Of a stretch of DNA of 64,000 bases, positions 45,553 to 54,997 are shown one piece after another. The notes under the pieces are model-generated. The model was not told the DNA's origin. It worked only from the letters and a program-made list of their open reading frames with translations, and searched no databases. The first letter of the stretch is position 1. Every line of letters starts with the position of its first letter. The stretch is from Bacteroidia bacterium. GTDB taxonomy: Bacteria > Bacteroidota > Bacteroidia > M30B66. A program made the position numbers and the translations under genes. Location: positions 672,001-736,000 of the forward strand of contig OZ257142.1 in NCBI GenBank assembly GCA_965279035.1. Reading direction: 5' to 3'.

Positions 45553-46641
45553 TTAATGACTTTGAGCTGATGTGGTGATATTCACATTCAGTAAACCATT
45601 TACAGTTGCAGGAGCGATGGTTTTGCTACTCACATGCGGATTATAGGGCACAATACCCAATTTCGCTGGATTAGCTCCTCCATAAATTCCACACTGTCCA
45701 CCAGCAATAGCAGCTGTTAAAGCTTCGCTACCAGCAACTAAGCGATAGTCATCACCATCTTCGTAGTTGTAATTTCCGTTTGTGTCAACAAAGAGGTTAG
45801 TTACATTGGCTGTACACGAATTGACTACTGTTGGATTTGAACCTGAACCACCTACAGGAATTGTTGCATGAGAGAAGACGCAATGATCGAATACATTGCC
45901 GTCGTTCATATATCCTCCAAGTAGATTAGCATTCGCGGCATCCCAAAAAATGCAACTATTGAACGAACATCCTGAGTTTTGAGAAATAGCATCTCCATCT
46001 ATCGTTGCCCAGAAAACACAGTTGTTAAACGTATACGCTCCCGTCCGCAGTCTAAATAATCCTTTGGCGAATAAGCAATTATCAAAGGTTATATTGGATG
46101 TTGCATTGGGTGTAAATCCATTTCCATTGACATACGTATTGAAGATGCACTCTTGGAAACGGTAATTGAGTTGTGATCCAGCGTAATTCGAGTTGTAGCT
46201 AAGACTTATATAGTCGCTCATAAACATACAGCGACTGAAAGTTACTAAGCTGATGTTTCCTGCATAGTCACAATCGTTCAAACGAAATCCTCCAAAATTA
46301 ATTCCGCTAAATGTGGAACCGCCTGCTGCTGGATGAATAGTAAATGAAATAGAATTTACATCAGTTGGAGTTATTTTAGTATAACCAGTTGCAATAGTAG
46401 AATCAGAATTTACTCCGGCACCAATCCATTGTAAGCGTTTGTCTACCGAATAGGAACTAAACTGAAACGTGTTACCTGACAAATAAAGAATATCGTCGTT
46501 TTGAGCATCAGCATATGCTGTGTCGAGGTTTGTATAAACTTCTCCCGAACCAGATGAAGGTGTGTAACGTAAAATGCTTTGTGCCGAAGCAGAAAATAAG
46601 CTTAACGAAAAGCTTAGAAATAAAAGTCCAATTTTTTTCAT
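45553..46641 (-). CDS. secreted right-handed beta-helix-like protein without CTD
   Basis: Signal peptide ASA-Q, cap motif YTNLDTAYADAQNDDILYL, six F-x-x-C-x-F repeats, closing motif DYRL..GS.A..A...G..CGIYGG; start at ATG 46641. Confidence 0.75.
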   Translation of the reverse strand: MKKIGLLFLSFSLSLFSASAQSILRYTPSSGSGEVYTNLDTAYADAQNDDILYLSGNTFQFSSYSVDKRLQWIGAGVNSDSTIATGYTKITPTDVNSISFTIHPAAGGSTFSGINFGGFRLNDCDYAGNISLVTFSRCMFMSDYISLSYNSNYAGSQLNYRFQECIFNTYVNGNGFTPNATSNITFDNCLFAKGLFRLRTGAYTFNNCVFWATIDGDAISQNSGCSFNSCIFWDAANANLLGGYMNDGNVFDHCVFSHATIPVGGSGSNPTVVNSCTANVTNLFVDTNGNYNYEDGDDYRLVAGSEALTAAIAGGQCGIYGGANPAKLGIVPYNPHVSSKTIAPATVNGLLNVNITTSAQSH

Positions 46642-46668
46642 GACAATGAGTGTTAGGAATGAATGACA

Positions 46669-46716
46669 CAAATTGACGGCATTCAACTAACCCTATCAAT
46701 AATCAATTTGTATTAG
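46669..46716 (-). promoter_or_regulatory. putative regulator-dependent promoter of the secreted pair
   Basis: CTAa-TACAAATT-ga-TTATT-N8-TAGTTGA-N6-tcaaTTTG; same layout as 48703-48750. Confidence 0.6.
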
Positions 46717-46784
46717 TGCTGAATTCTGATGTAAACCATTCCCCGAAATCCAATAGATTTATCTCTCGTTAATTTCCGGAACAG

Positions 46785-48716
46785 GTGATAAGAGTTCTAT
46801 TGATACTTTTTATTTGCTTGACTTTAATTCCAGTTGAATTAGATGCTCAAAGTCCTGCTATTGATACCCTATTAAATAAAATTCGATTCAGCAGAAATGA
46901 ATCCGAAAAACTCGATTTAGTGCTGGCTTTATGTCGCCGAAACGATACACACATCGACACATTTAATAGATATGCATTTATCGCTCGCGATTTAGCTTCA
47001 CTTTCGAACGATCCAGTCAAAATTGCTTATGCTCAATACAATGTAGCGTACGCTTATTATTTCTCCAATGCGAACGACAGCGCCCGAATTGTTATAGATG
47101 AAGCATTAAAAAACCTTTCGTTAAAAAATCCCGAACAACGAAAAATCTACTACAAACTAAAAGGCTTCAAAGCCACCACCTATCAAGGACAACGTAAGAA
47201 TTCCGAAGCACTTCAATTGCTGTATCCTTTGCTAACAGAGGCTGAGGAGAATAGCGACAGCTTATACATTGCTCAAACAATGCATCAAATTGCCGTTATC
47301 GAAGGTCAACAAACTAATCCTCAAAAACTCATCGCATGGGAGCAAAAAGCCTTGAAAGTTTTACCTCTAAGTGATACGGTTTCGCGCATTATATCTGCAA
47401 CCATCTATGCTACGTTAGGCAAAGCCTATTTACAGCTTAATCAGCCTGATTTTGCTACGTTTTATCATCTCAAAGCCATCGAAATATTTCGTACAGAACA
47501 AGATTTATATAACCTCGGAGTAGTCCTTCTGCGTCAATCAAATGTTTACATCCAACAGAAAAAAGTAAATGAAGCCAAGAAGATTTTGGATGAGCTTTCA
47601 GCACTAAATGATCAAATAAAATTTGGAGAAGGTGATCTCAATTACTACCTCAGTTTTATTCAGTATTGGTTGCTCATAGGCGATTATGACAAGGTTATCA
47701 TCTCTTGTAAAGAACATCTTTATGGAGAGGATGTTAACCCAAACGAAAGCATTCGATTGTCCTATTTAAAATCGCTTGCTGATGCCTATAAAGCCAAGAA
47801 AAGCTGGGTAGATTATAGTCTTACAATAGAAGAATTTATTGCAGCGAAAGAGAGTTTTTATCAGGAAAATTCGGTTGAAGCCATGGCCGAAATGGAAACT
47901 AAATATGAGGTTCAGAAGAAGGAGAATCTCATCATTCAGCAAGAATATGATCTCGTTCGAAAAAACATTTTGTTTTATGGTTCACTGGCTCTCTTGGGAT
48001 TAGTTCTCCTTATCGGCTGGTTGATTTTCATCAATTACCGAAGGAAAAGTGAGTTGAAACTTTTTCTCATGCAAGAAGATGAGAAACGACATGCAATTCA
48101 AGCAGTGAAAGATGCCGAAGAGAAGGAACGTAAACGTATTGCAGCCGATTTACACGATAGCCTTGGAAGTTATGCCGCTAGCATAAAGGCAAATGCCGAT
48201 GAGATTTTACATAATACTTCTATCTCTAAATCAAGCTTAGAACTTTTGCAAACTAATTCTCAGCAAATGGTTGCCCTCTTGGGTGATACTATTTGGGCAT
48301 TAAGGAAAGAAAAGATGAATCTGAGTGATACAAGTGATCGTATTAAAGTCTTCCTAAATCGACTTCGACCTAATTATCCTCAAGTGAATATGCGTGTGCT
48401 GGAAGATTTACAGAACGACTGGGAATTTCAACCCAATCAAGCGTTTCACATTTTTATGATTGTTCAAGAAGCTGTCAATAATGCTCTCAAGCACAGTCAG
48501 GGAAACGAAGTTAAGATTTGCATAACGAGTAAGGAAAACTGGGAAATTCTAATTAGTGATAATGGTCATGGGTTTAGCAAAACGGAATCTTTAGGTGATT
48601 GTGGAAATGGTTTGGCAAACATGCAAATTCGCTCTGAGAATATAGGGTGTTCAATACATTGGAAGCAATTAAGTCCTTCTGGAACTGAAGTATCAATTCG
48701 CCCTACTACAAATTAG
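46785..48716 (+). CDS. TPR-repeat sensor histidine kinase (HisKA_3 type)
   Basis: Signal peptide, helical TPR-like periplasmic region, one TM helix, ERKRIAADLHDSLG, QEAVNNALKHS, DNG.GF, GNGL.NM. Confidence 0.92.
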   Translation: MIRVLLILFICLTLIPVELDAQSPAIDTLLNKIRFSRNESEKLDLVLALCRRNDTHIDTFNRYAFIARDLASLSNDPVKIAYAQYNVAYAYYFSNANDSARIVIDEALKNLSLKNPEQRKIYYKLKGFKATTYQGQRKNSEALQLLYPLLTEAEENSDSLYIAQTMHQIAVIEGQQTNPQKLIAWEQKALKVLPLSDTVSRIISATIYATLGKAYLQLNQPDFATFYHLKAIEIFRTEQDLYNLGVVLLRQSNVYIQQKKVNEAKKILDELSALNDQIKFGEGDLNYYLSFIQYWLLIGDYDKVIISCKEHLYGEDVNPNESIRLSYLKSLADAYKAKKSWVDYSLTIEEFIAAKESFYQENSVEAMAEMETKYEVQKKENLIIQQEYDLVRKNILFYGSLALLGLVLLIGWLIFINYRRKSELKLFLMQEDEKRHAIQAVKDAEEKERKRIAADLHDSLGSYAASIKANADEILHNTSISKSSLELLQTNSQQMVALLGDTIWALRKEKMNLSDTSDRIKVFLNRLRPNYPQVNMRVLEDLQNDWEFQPNQAFHIFMIVQEAVNNALKHSQGNEVKICITSKENWEILISDNGHGFSKTESLGDCGNGLANMQIRSENIGCSIHWKQLSPSGTEVSIRPTTN

Positions 48717-48750
48717 TTATTTCTATTCTAGTTGATTCTATTCATTTTTG
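48703..48750 (+). promoter_or_regulatory. putative autoregulated promoter of the response regulator
   Basis: CTAc-TACAAATT-ag-TTATT-N7-TAGTTGA-N7-cattTTTG, 4 nt before ATG 48755; overlaps the kinase stop codon. Confidence 0.6.
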
Positions 48751-48754
48751 ATAC

Positions 48755-49447
48755 ATGATAACTCAGGAACGTAAAATCAAACTAGCACTCGCCGAAGATC
48801 AGGCAGTAAATCGAAATACGTTCATTCGGAAAGTGGATCAGATGGATGATTGTGAATTGGTTTTTATAGCTAATAATGGGAACGATTGTCTCGAAAAATT
48901 GAATGGTCTTCCCGAAAACAAGAAACCGGATGTCATTTTCATGGATATTGAAATGCCCGGTATGAATGGGATTGAGACGATTGCTCGTGCGCATCTTCTA
49001 TATCCATCCATCCATTTTTTGGTGCTTACAGTATTCGACGATGACGATAAAGTTTTTGAAGCAATAAAGGCTGGGGCAGAAGGCTATTTATTGAAACACG
49101 AAAGCGCACAAATACTAGAAGATGCAGTGCATAATGTACTTGAATTTGGTGGTGTTCCTATGAGTCCGGCAATTGCTCGAAAGGCGTTGAAGATGCTTCA
49201 ACGTTCTGAATATTATGAGTCGCATTTGCAACCCAAACATTCAAGTATTCCCGAAAATATTAGTGACCGAGAAACTGAAGTCCTCCAACTTATGGTTTCA
49301 GGAATGGATGCTAAAAGCATATCTGCTCATATGAACCTTAGCGTTCATACCGTTCGGAAGCACATTGCCAACGTGTACGAAAAACTACATGTTTGCTCCA
49401 AAGCTCAAATCATCAGCTTGGCTCATAAGCAAGGTTGGTTTCAGTAA
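48755..49447 (+). CDS. NarL/LuxR family response regulator
   Basis: ED, PDVIFMDIEMPGMNGIE, LTVF, GA.GYLLK, MSP.IARK, C-terminal HTH ISDRE.EVL...TV..HI.N.YEKLHV. Confidence 0.93.
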   Translation: MITQERKIKLALAEDQAVNRNTFIRKVDQMDDCELVFIANNGNDCLEKLNGLPENKKPDVIFMDIEMPGMNGIETIARAHLLYPSIHFLVLTVFDDDDKVFEAIKAGAEGYLLKHESAQILEDAVHNVLEFGGVPMSPAIARKALKMLQRSEYYESHLQPKHSSIPENISDRETEVLQLMVSGMDAKSISAHMNLSVHTVRKHIANVYEKLHVCSKAQIISLAHKQGWFQ

Positions 49448-49454
49448 AGCAAGA

Positions 49455-50735
49455 TTATTTCGGCGTTTCGGCGCGACGTACAATCAAGCGTAATGCTCGT
49501 TCATACGTGAGGTAACTCCACATCCAATCTACAAACACAATTACCCGATTTCGGAATCCAGCCAACAACATTAAGTGCAAAAACATCCACACTAACCAGG
49601 CGAAAAATCCTCCGAAACTAAAGTTGGGCAAATCTACCACAGCTTTGTTCCGACCAACCGTGGCCATCGAACCGCTATCCTTGTATTGAAAGGGTTTCCA
49701 TGCTTTGCCATCGCTTAATCGTAGCAGGTTTTTAGCCAAATTGGTACCCTGTTGAACTGCCACTGGTGCAACCATAGGGAAACCTTTCGGCCTTTCCAAA
49801 GTAGCCATTCCAGCCGAATCTCCTATCGAATAAACAGAATCTGTTCCTGAAATTCGATTAAATTCATCTACCACATACCTATTTCCCTTGACGGATTCTT
49901 CCGGCAGCCCAGGAATGATGTATCCTTTCACTCCAGCCGACCAAACTAATGTATTGGATTCGAGTTCACTGAGATCACTAAAAACTACTTTCTGACCATC
50001 GTATTTCAATACAGCGACATTCAACAAAACTTCTACTCCTAGATTTTGCAAGTATTTGACAGCATTATTTCCCGATTTTTCCGACATGCCATTGAGCAAG
50101 CGCGATCCGGCTTCTACCAAATACACTCGCATTAGTTTGGGATCGAGTTCGGGATAATCGTGTGGCAGGACAAACTTCTTGAATTCAGCTAAAGCACCAG
50201 CTGTTTCAACGCCTGTTGGGCCACCTCCAACAATCACAAAGGTCATGTGTTGTTGTTTTTCCAACTGATTTGTCGAAAGAGTTGCTTTCTCAAATTCCTG
50301 AAGTATTTCACTTCTCAGATTTAAAGCTTCAGGGATGCTTTTCAGCGGCATGCCAAATCGTTCAATTTCGGTATTGCCAAAATAGTTCGATGTTGAACCC
50401 GTAGCTAAGATCAGATGGTCATAAGAAATAAATCCGGTTGAAGTTTCAAGTTGTTTCTTAATCGAATCAACTTTCTGTACTTCCGCCATACGAAAACGAA
50501 AATTCTTCTGATTCCGAAAAATTAATCGAAAGGGATAACCAATCGAATCTGCTCCCAAACCACCCGAAGCAACCTGATATAAAAGTGGCTGAAACGTATG
50601 GTAATTGTGCTTGTCAACTAAAGTTATATCGAACTCAGAATTTCGAAGTCGCTTGATGAGTTCTATTCCACCAAATCCACCGCCCACCACAACTAATTTT
50701 TGCTTTGGTTTGCTCGATGAATTTGTCGTTTCCAT
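49455..50735 (-). CDS. ndh: type II NADH:quinone oxidoreductase
   Basis: GGGFGG, FQPLLYQVA, GGGPTGVE.AG, W.AGV, IGD, A.QQG, GSMATVGR..AV. Confidence 0.9.
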   Translation of the reverse strand: METTNSSSKPKQKLVVVGGGFGGIELIKRLRNSEFDITLVDKHNYHTFQPLLYQVASGGLGADSIGYPFRLIFRNQKNFRFRMAEVQKVDSIKKQLETSTGFISYDHLILATGSTSNYFGNTEIERFGMPLKSIPEALNLRSEILQEFEKATLSTNQLEKQQHMTFVIVGGGPTGVETAGALAEFKKFVLPHDYPELDPKLMRVYLVEAGSRLLNGMSEKSGNNAVKYLQNLGVEVLLNVAVLKYDGQKVVFSDLSELESNTLVWSAGVKGYIIPGLPEESVKGNRYVVDEFNRISGTDSVYSIGDSAGMATLERPKGFPMVAPVAVQQGTNLAKNLLRLSDGKAWKPFQYKDSGSMATVGRNKAVVDLPNFSFGGFFAWLVWMFLHLMLLAGFRNRVIVFVDWMWSYLTYERALRLIVRRAETPK

Positions 50736-50737
50736 AC

Positions 50738-53230
50738 TTAATTAACGCTTGAAGCAGCTTTATGTTTGTCTTTAGGAAGCTCAATCTTAACCGGATTCTT
50801 TACCAGTTGATTGGTCAATGCTAACTTTAATACTTCACGCATGGTAGAAACATAGTGAAACTCCATTCCCTTAAGGTATTCTGAATTAATTTCCTCTACA
50901 TCTTTTCGGTTTTCTTCCGAAAGAATAACGGTTTGGATATTTGCTCGTTTTGCGGCAAGAATTTTCTCCTTAATTCCACCTACTGGCAACACCACACCAC
51001 GTAAAGTAATTTCACCCGTCATAGCCAATTGTGACTTCACTTTTTTCTGAGTAAATGCCGAAGAAAGTGCCGTTAACATAGCAATACCGGCCGATGGACC
51101 ATCTTTCGGAGTTGCGCCCTCAGGAACGTGAATATGTACGTTATAATGATCAAAAATCTCTGGAGAAATCCCCAAATAGCTTTCAGCGTGCGATTTCAAG
51201 AATTCTAATGCAATAACAGCACTTTCCTTCATCACATCTCCTAAATTTCCAGTCAGCGATAATTTACCATTTCCTTTGCTGAGCAAGGTTTCGATAAATA
51301 AAATATCGCCACCAACCGAAGTCCAAGCTAAACCAGTTACCACACCTGCAACTTCATTGTTTTCATATTTGTCGCGGTGGTAACGCGCTGGTCCCATGAT
51401 GCGTTCAATATCTTCTACATCGATTTTAGGATTACTTACTTCATCCATCGCAATCGACTTTGCTACAGAACGAATCACTTTAGCAATACGTTTTTCTAAA
51501 GCTCGCACACCTGATTCACGTGTATAATCTTCAATCAGTTTATCCAGCGCCTTTTTGGAAAACTTAACTTGATTCTTTGTTACACCATGTTCTCCCAATT
51601 GTTTGGGAATCAAATGTTGTTTGGCGATTTCAACTTTTTCTTCCTGAGTATATCCAGTAACTTCAATGAGTTCCATCCGGTCGAGTAGGGCAGGTTGAAT
51701 GGTGTTTAGGTTATTGGCGGTAGCAATGAACATAGCACGACTTAGGTCAAAATCCTGCTCCACGTAATTGTCGTAGAACGTGCTGTTTTGTTCTGGATCC
51801 AATACTTCAAGCAATGCCGATGATGGATCTCCATGATAATCACTTCCTACTTTGTCAATCTCATCAAGCACAAAAACTGGATTAGCCGCTTTTGCCTTAC
51901 GTAAATTTTGGATAATACGACCTGGCATAGCACCAATGTATGTCTTGCGGTGACCACGGATTTCAGCTTCGTCTCTCACGCCTCCTAATGACATACGAAT
52001 GTATTCACGACCAAGTGCTTTTGCGATGGATTTTCCAAGAGATGTTTTACCAACTCCCGGAGGACCATAAAAGCAAAGAATAGGAGAACGCATATCACCT
52101 TTGAGTTTCAAAACAGCGAGGTATTCTAAGATTCGCTCTTTCACTTTTTCAAGGCCGTAATGGTCTTTATCGAGAATCTTTTGTGCGCCTTTGAGGTCGA
52201 AAGTATCGGTTGTGTATTTGTTCCAAGGCAATTCCAATAACAAATCGAGGTAATTGCGTTGAACAGAGTATTCGGCTGAGTTAGGGTTGATGCGTTGAAG
52301 CTTATCAAGTTCTTTGAAGAAGTGTTTTTTTACTCCTTCACCCCATTTCATTTCTCCAGCTTTTACACGAATTTCATCAAGTTCTTCTTCATACACATTA
52401 CCACCCAATTCTTCCTGAATGGTTTTTAATTGCTGATGAAGGAAATACTCTCGTTGTTGTTGGTCGATGTCAATCTTAACCTTACTCTGAATTTGGTTTT
52501 TAAGCTCTTGAAGTTGAAGTTCTTTGGTGAGATTCTTCAAAACCAATTCTGCTCGAGCTTTCAAATCGGCCACTTCCAACATCTGTTGTTTTTCGGCTAC
52601 TTCCGCATTCATGTTGGAAGAGATGAAATTGATGAGGAATGATGGACTATCGATATTCTTAATGGCAAAAGCTGCTTCCGAAGGAATATTTGGCGATTGC
52701 TGTATGATTTGTAGTGAGATGTCTTTTAAAGAAGACACCATGGCAGCAAATTCTTTGTCGTCTTTTGTAGGACGAGTTTCTTCGAAAGGTTTGATACGAG
52801 CCTTAATGTATGGGTCTTCTTGGGTAACTTCTTCCAATTGAAAACGCTTTTTCCCTTGGATAATTACAGTAGTGTTACCATCGGGCATGCGCAACATTTT
52901 GATAATTAGTGCGATGGTTCCCACCTTATTCAAATCCTCAAACCGAGGATCTTCAATTCCTACATCTTTCTGAGATACTACACCGATAATTTTATCTGCT
53001 TTGTAAGCATCTTTAATCAGCTTTATCGATTTGTCGCGCCCAACAGTAATGGGAATTACAACTCCTGGAAAAAGAACCGTATTGCGCAAGGGTAATATAG
53101 AAACCTCATTCGGGATTTCTTCGGTATTCATTTGCTCTTCATCTTCGCTCGATAATAGAGGGATGAACTCAGAGTCATCCTCAATCATTGGGTTAAAGCG
53201 AAAGCTGTCGAAGGGAATATTTTCGTTCAT
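50738..53230 (-). CDS. lon: ATP-dependent protease La
   Basis: [55 protein letters not shown]. Confidence 0.97.
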   Translation of the reverse strand: MNENIPFDSFRFNPMIEDDSEFIPLLSSEDEEQMNTEEIPNEVSILPLRNTVLFPGVVIPITVGRDKSIKLIKDAYKADKIIGVVSQKDVGIEDPRFEDLNKVGTIALIIKMLRMPDGNTTVIIQGKKRFQLEEVTQEDPYIKARIKPFEETRPTKDDKEFAAMVSSLKDISLQIIQQSPNIPSEAAFAIKNIDSPSFLINFISSNMNAEVAEKQQMLEVADLKARAELVLKNLTKELQLQELKNQIQSKVKIDIDQQQREYFLHQQLKTIQEELGGNVYEEELDEIRVKAGEMKWGEGVKKHFFKELDKLQRINPNSAEYSVQRNYLDLLLELPWNKYTTDTFDLKGAQKILDKDHYGLEKVKERILEYLAVLKLKGDMRSPILCFYGPPGVGKTSLGKSIAKALGREYIRMSLGGVRDEAEIRGHRKTYIGAMPGRIIQNLRKAKAANPVFVLDEIDKVGSDYHGDPSSALLEVLDPEQNSTFYDNYVEQDFDLSRAMFIATANNLNTIQPALLDRMELIEVTGYTQEEKVEIAKQHLIPKQLGEHGVTKNQVKFSKKALDKLIEDYTRESGVRALEKRIAKVIRSVAKSIAMDEVSNPKIDVEDIERIMGPARYHRDKYENNEVAGVVTGLAWTSVGGDILFIETLLSKGNGKLSLTGNLGDVMKESAVIALEFLKSHAESYLGISPEIFDHYNVHIHVPEGATPKDGPSAGIAMLTALSSAFTQKKVKSQLAMTGEITLRGVVLPVGGIKEKILAAKRANIQTVILSEENRKDVEEINSEYLKGMEFHYVSTMREVLKLALTNQLVKNPVKIELPKDKHKAASSVN

Positions 53231-53244
53231 AAAATTCGTTCAAG

Positions 53245-53317
53245 TGACATTTCGTCAGACTGCCGCACAAAATCAGGAATATCCAACGGGGCGCGCCTTT
53301 GGACAAGCTATGTGCCA
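53245..53317 (-). promoter_or_regulatory. sigma54-type promoter and palindromic box upstream of lon
   Basis: Minus strand TGGCAC-ATAGC-TTGT (53303-53317) fits the -24/-12 consensus TGGCAC-N5-TTGC; TGACG-AAA-TGTCA palindrome at 53245-53257. Confidence 0.65.
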
Positions 53318-53343
53318 AAGGAAATCAAGGTGAAATATACGAC

Positions 53344-54516
53344 TTAACCCTGACGATATTGTCGCGTTAATTCATAAACATCTTCCAACAAACGCGACTC
53401 TATTTCATCAAATACCTTATGCCTTCTTTCCATCACTAAGGCAGCTGTTTCGGATGCTTTATCTAGCCGGTATTCGGTAATTCCTTGTGGGCCGCCCCAG
53501 CTAAAGGATGGAATGAAATTTTTAGGGAATCCTGCTCCATAGATATTTGCGCTTACGCCTACTACTGTTCCAGTATTGAACATGGTATTGATTCCACATT
53601 TACTGTGATCGCCCATAATCAATCCACAGAACTGCAAACCAGTTGAAATTTGCTTCTCCTCCACATAATTCCAAAGCTTTACAGTAGAGTAATTATTCTT
53701 TAAATTGGAATTATTCGTATCAGCTCCAAGGTTACACCATTCTCCAATGACTGAATTTCCGAGGAATCCATCATGACCTTTATTTGAATATCCTTGAATG
53801 ACACTGTTGCTTACCTCTCCACCAACTCGCGAATGTGGGCCTAGAGTTGTTGCTCCGTATATTTTAGCTCCCATCTTTACCGAACTGCCTTCACACAAAG
53901 CAAAACTGCCACGAATCATACTGCCTTCCCAAACCTCGGTGTCTTTACCTAAATAAATAGGACCAGATTGAGTATTGAAAACCGAACACAAAGCTTTTGC
54001 ACCTTCTTCGGCAAAGAATCGATCACCAATTATGGTATTTGAACTGTCTATCTCGGCCGATTTTCTGCCTTTTGTAAGCAGTTCAAAATCATCTTCTATT
54101 GCACGGGCATTTAACGAAAAGATATCCCATAAATGTCGGATGCGAAACAAGGGTTTTTTGAATTCAAGGCACTCGTAATCTTCTTTTCGGGTTGATAAGC
54201 TATTTTCAGTATCAAATGCTGCTATGAGCTCTCCTTGTTGAACCAATGCCTGTCCTTTTGTAAGAAAACGAACGGCTTCCAATATTCCCTCTTCAGGCAT
54301 GATGCTTCCAGCAATCAAAATATTCTCAGTAAACCTGCGACTAGGGAATTTAGCTTGTAAATAGTTTTGTGTTAGATACGACGCTCGATCAAAACCATGA
54401 TTTTCCCATTTTTCCTTGATTGTTAATATTCCAATTCGAAGATCCGCAACAGGGCGAGTGAACGTAAGTGGAAGAAGATGGTTTCTTCGGGAATCGTCGA
54501 AAAGAATAATATTCAT
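53344..54516 (-). CDS. GlmU-like putative sugar nucleotidyltransferase with hexapeptide repeats
   Basis: LLPLTFTRPVADLRIGILTI.EKW, GGEV.NS, NK.HDGFLGNS..GEWCNLGA.TN.SNLKN.Y. Confidence 0.85.
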   Translation of the reverse strand: MNIILFDDSRRNHLLPLTFTRPVADLRIGILTIKEKWENHGFDRASYLTQNYLQAKFPSRRFTENILIAGSIMPEEGILEAVRFLTKGQALVQQGELIAAFDTENSLSTRKEDYECLEFKKPLFRIRHLWDIFSLNARAIEDDFELLTKGRKSAEIDSSNTIIGDRFFAEEGAKALCSVFNTQSGPIYLGKDTEVWEGSMIRGSFALCEGSSVKMGAKIYGATTLGPHSRVGGEVSNSVIQGYSNKGHDGFLGNSVIGEWCNLGADTNNSNLKNNYSTVKLWNYVEEKQISTGLQFCGLIMGDHSKCGINTMFNTGTVVGVSANIYGAGFPKNFIPSFSWGGPQGITEYRLDKASETAALVMERRHKVFDEIESRLLEDVYELTRQYRQG

Positions 54517-54529
54517 AGTTCACAAAAAT

Positions 54530-54556
54530 AAAAAAGCCCTCCAATTGGAAGGCTTT
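54530..54556 (-). terminator. intrinsic terminator after L31
   Basis: Minus strand AAAGCCTTCC-AATT-GGAGGGCTTTTTT. Confidence 0.75.
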
Positions 54557-54577
54557 AAATATGATTTTAGGTTTCGA

Positions 54578-54844
54578 TTACATATTAATCTTACCCTGAT
54601 GACCTTTGTATCGATTACGGAATTTATCAACGCGACCTGCAGTATCTACCAGTTTAATTTTACCTGTGTAGAATGGATGTGATGAAGATGAAATCTCCAA
54701 TTTTGCAAGTGGATATTCGTTACCATCTTCCCAAACGATTGTTTCTTTAGAGTCAATACATGACTTAGTTAAAGTCAACGTTTCGTCTGACATGTCTTTA
54801 AATACAACAAGACGGTAATTTGATGGATGGATATCTGGTTTCAT
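54578..54844 (-). CDS. rpmE2: 50S ribosomal protein L31 type B
   Basis: [36 protein letters not shown]; no CxxC zinc motifs; TACATTTG box upstream. Confidence 0.93.
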   Translation of the reverse strand: MKPDIHPSNYRLVVFKDMSDETLTLTKSCIDSKETIVWEDGNEYPLAKLEISSSSHPFYTGKIKLVDTAGRVDKFRNRYKGHQGKINM

Positions 54845-54917
54845 AGTATGCTCAAAAATGGACGGCAAATGTAAGACGATATGATTTCTTATGCAAGAAA
54901 AATAATTATGAATTTTA

Positions 54918-54961
54918 GAAATGGCACGCAGCAGCGGTTAGGCTACTGCCACGTGCATTTC
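54918..54961 (-). terminator. 3' stem-loop after the giant T9SS gene
   Basis: Minus strand GAAATG-CACGTGGCAGT...GCTGCTGCGTG-c-CATTTC; mismatches resolve as G-U only on the minus strand. Confidence 0.6.
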
Positions 54962-54997
54962 AAATCGAATCACATAACCACATTCTTGAAATTCAAT

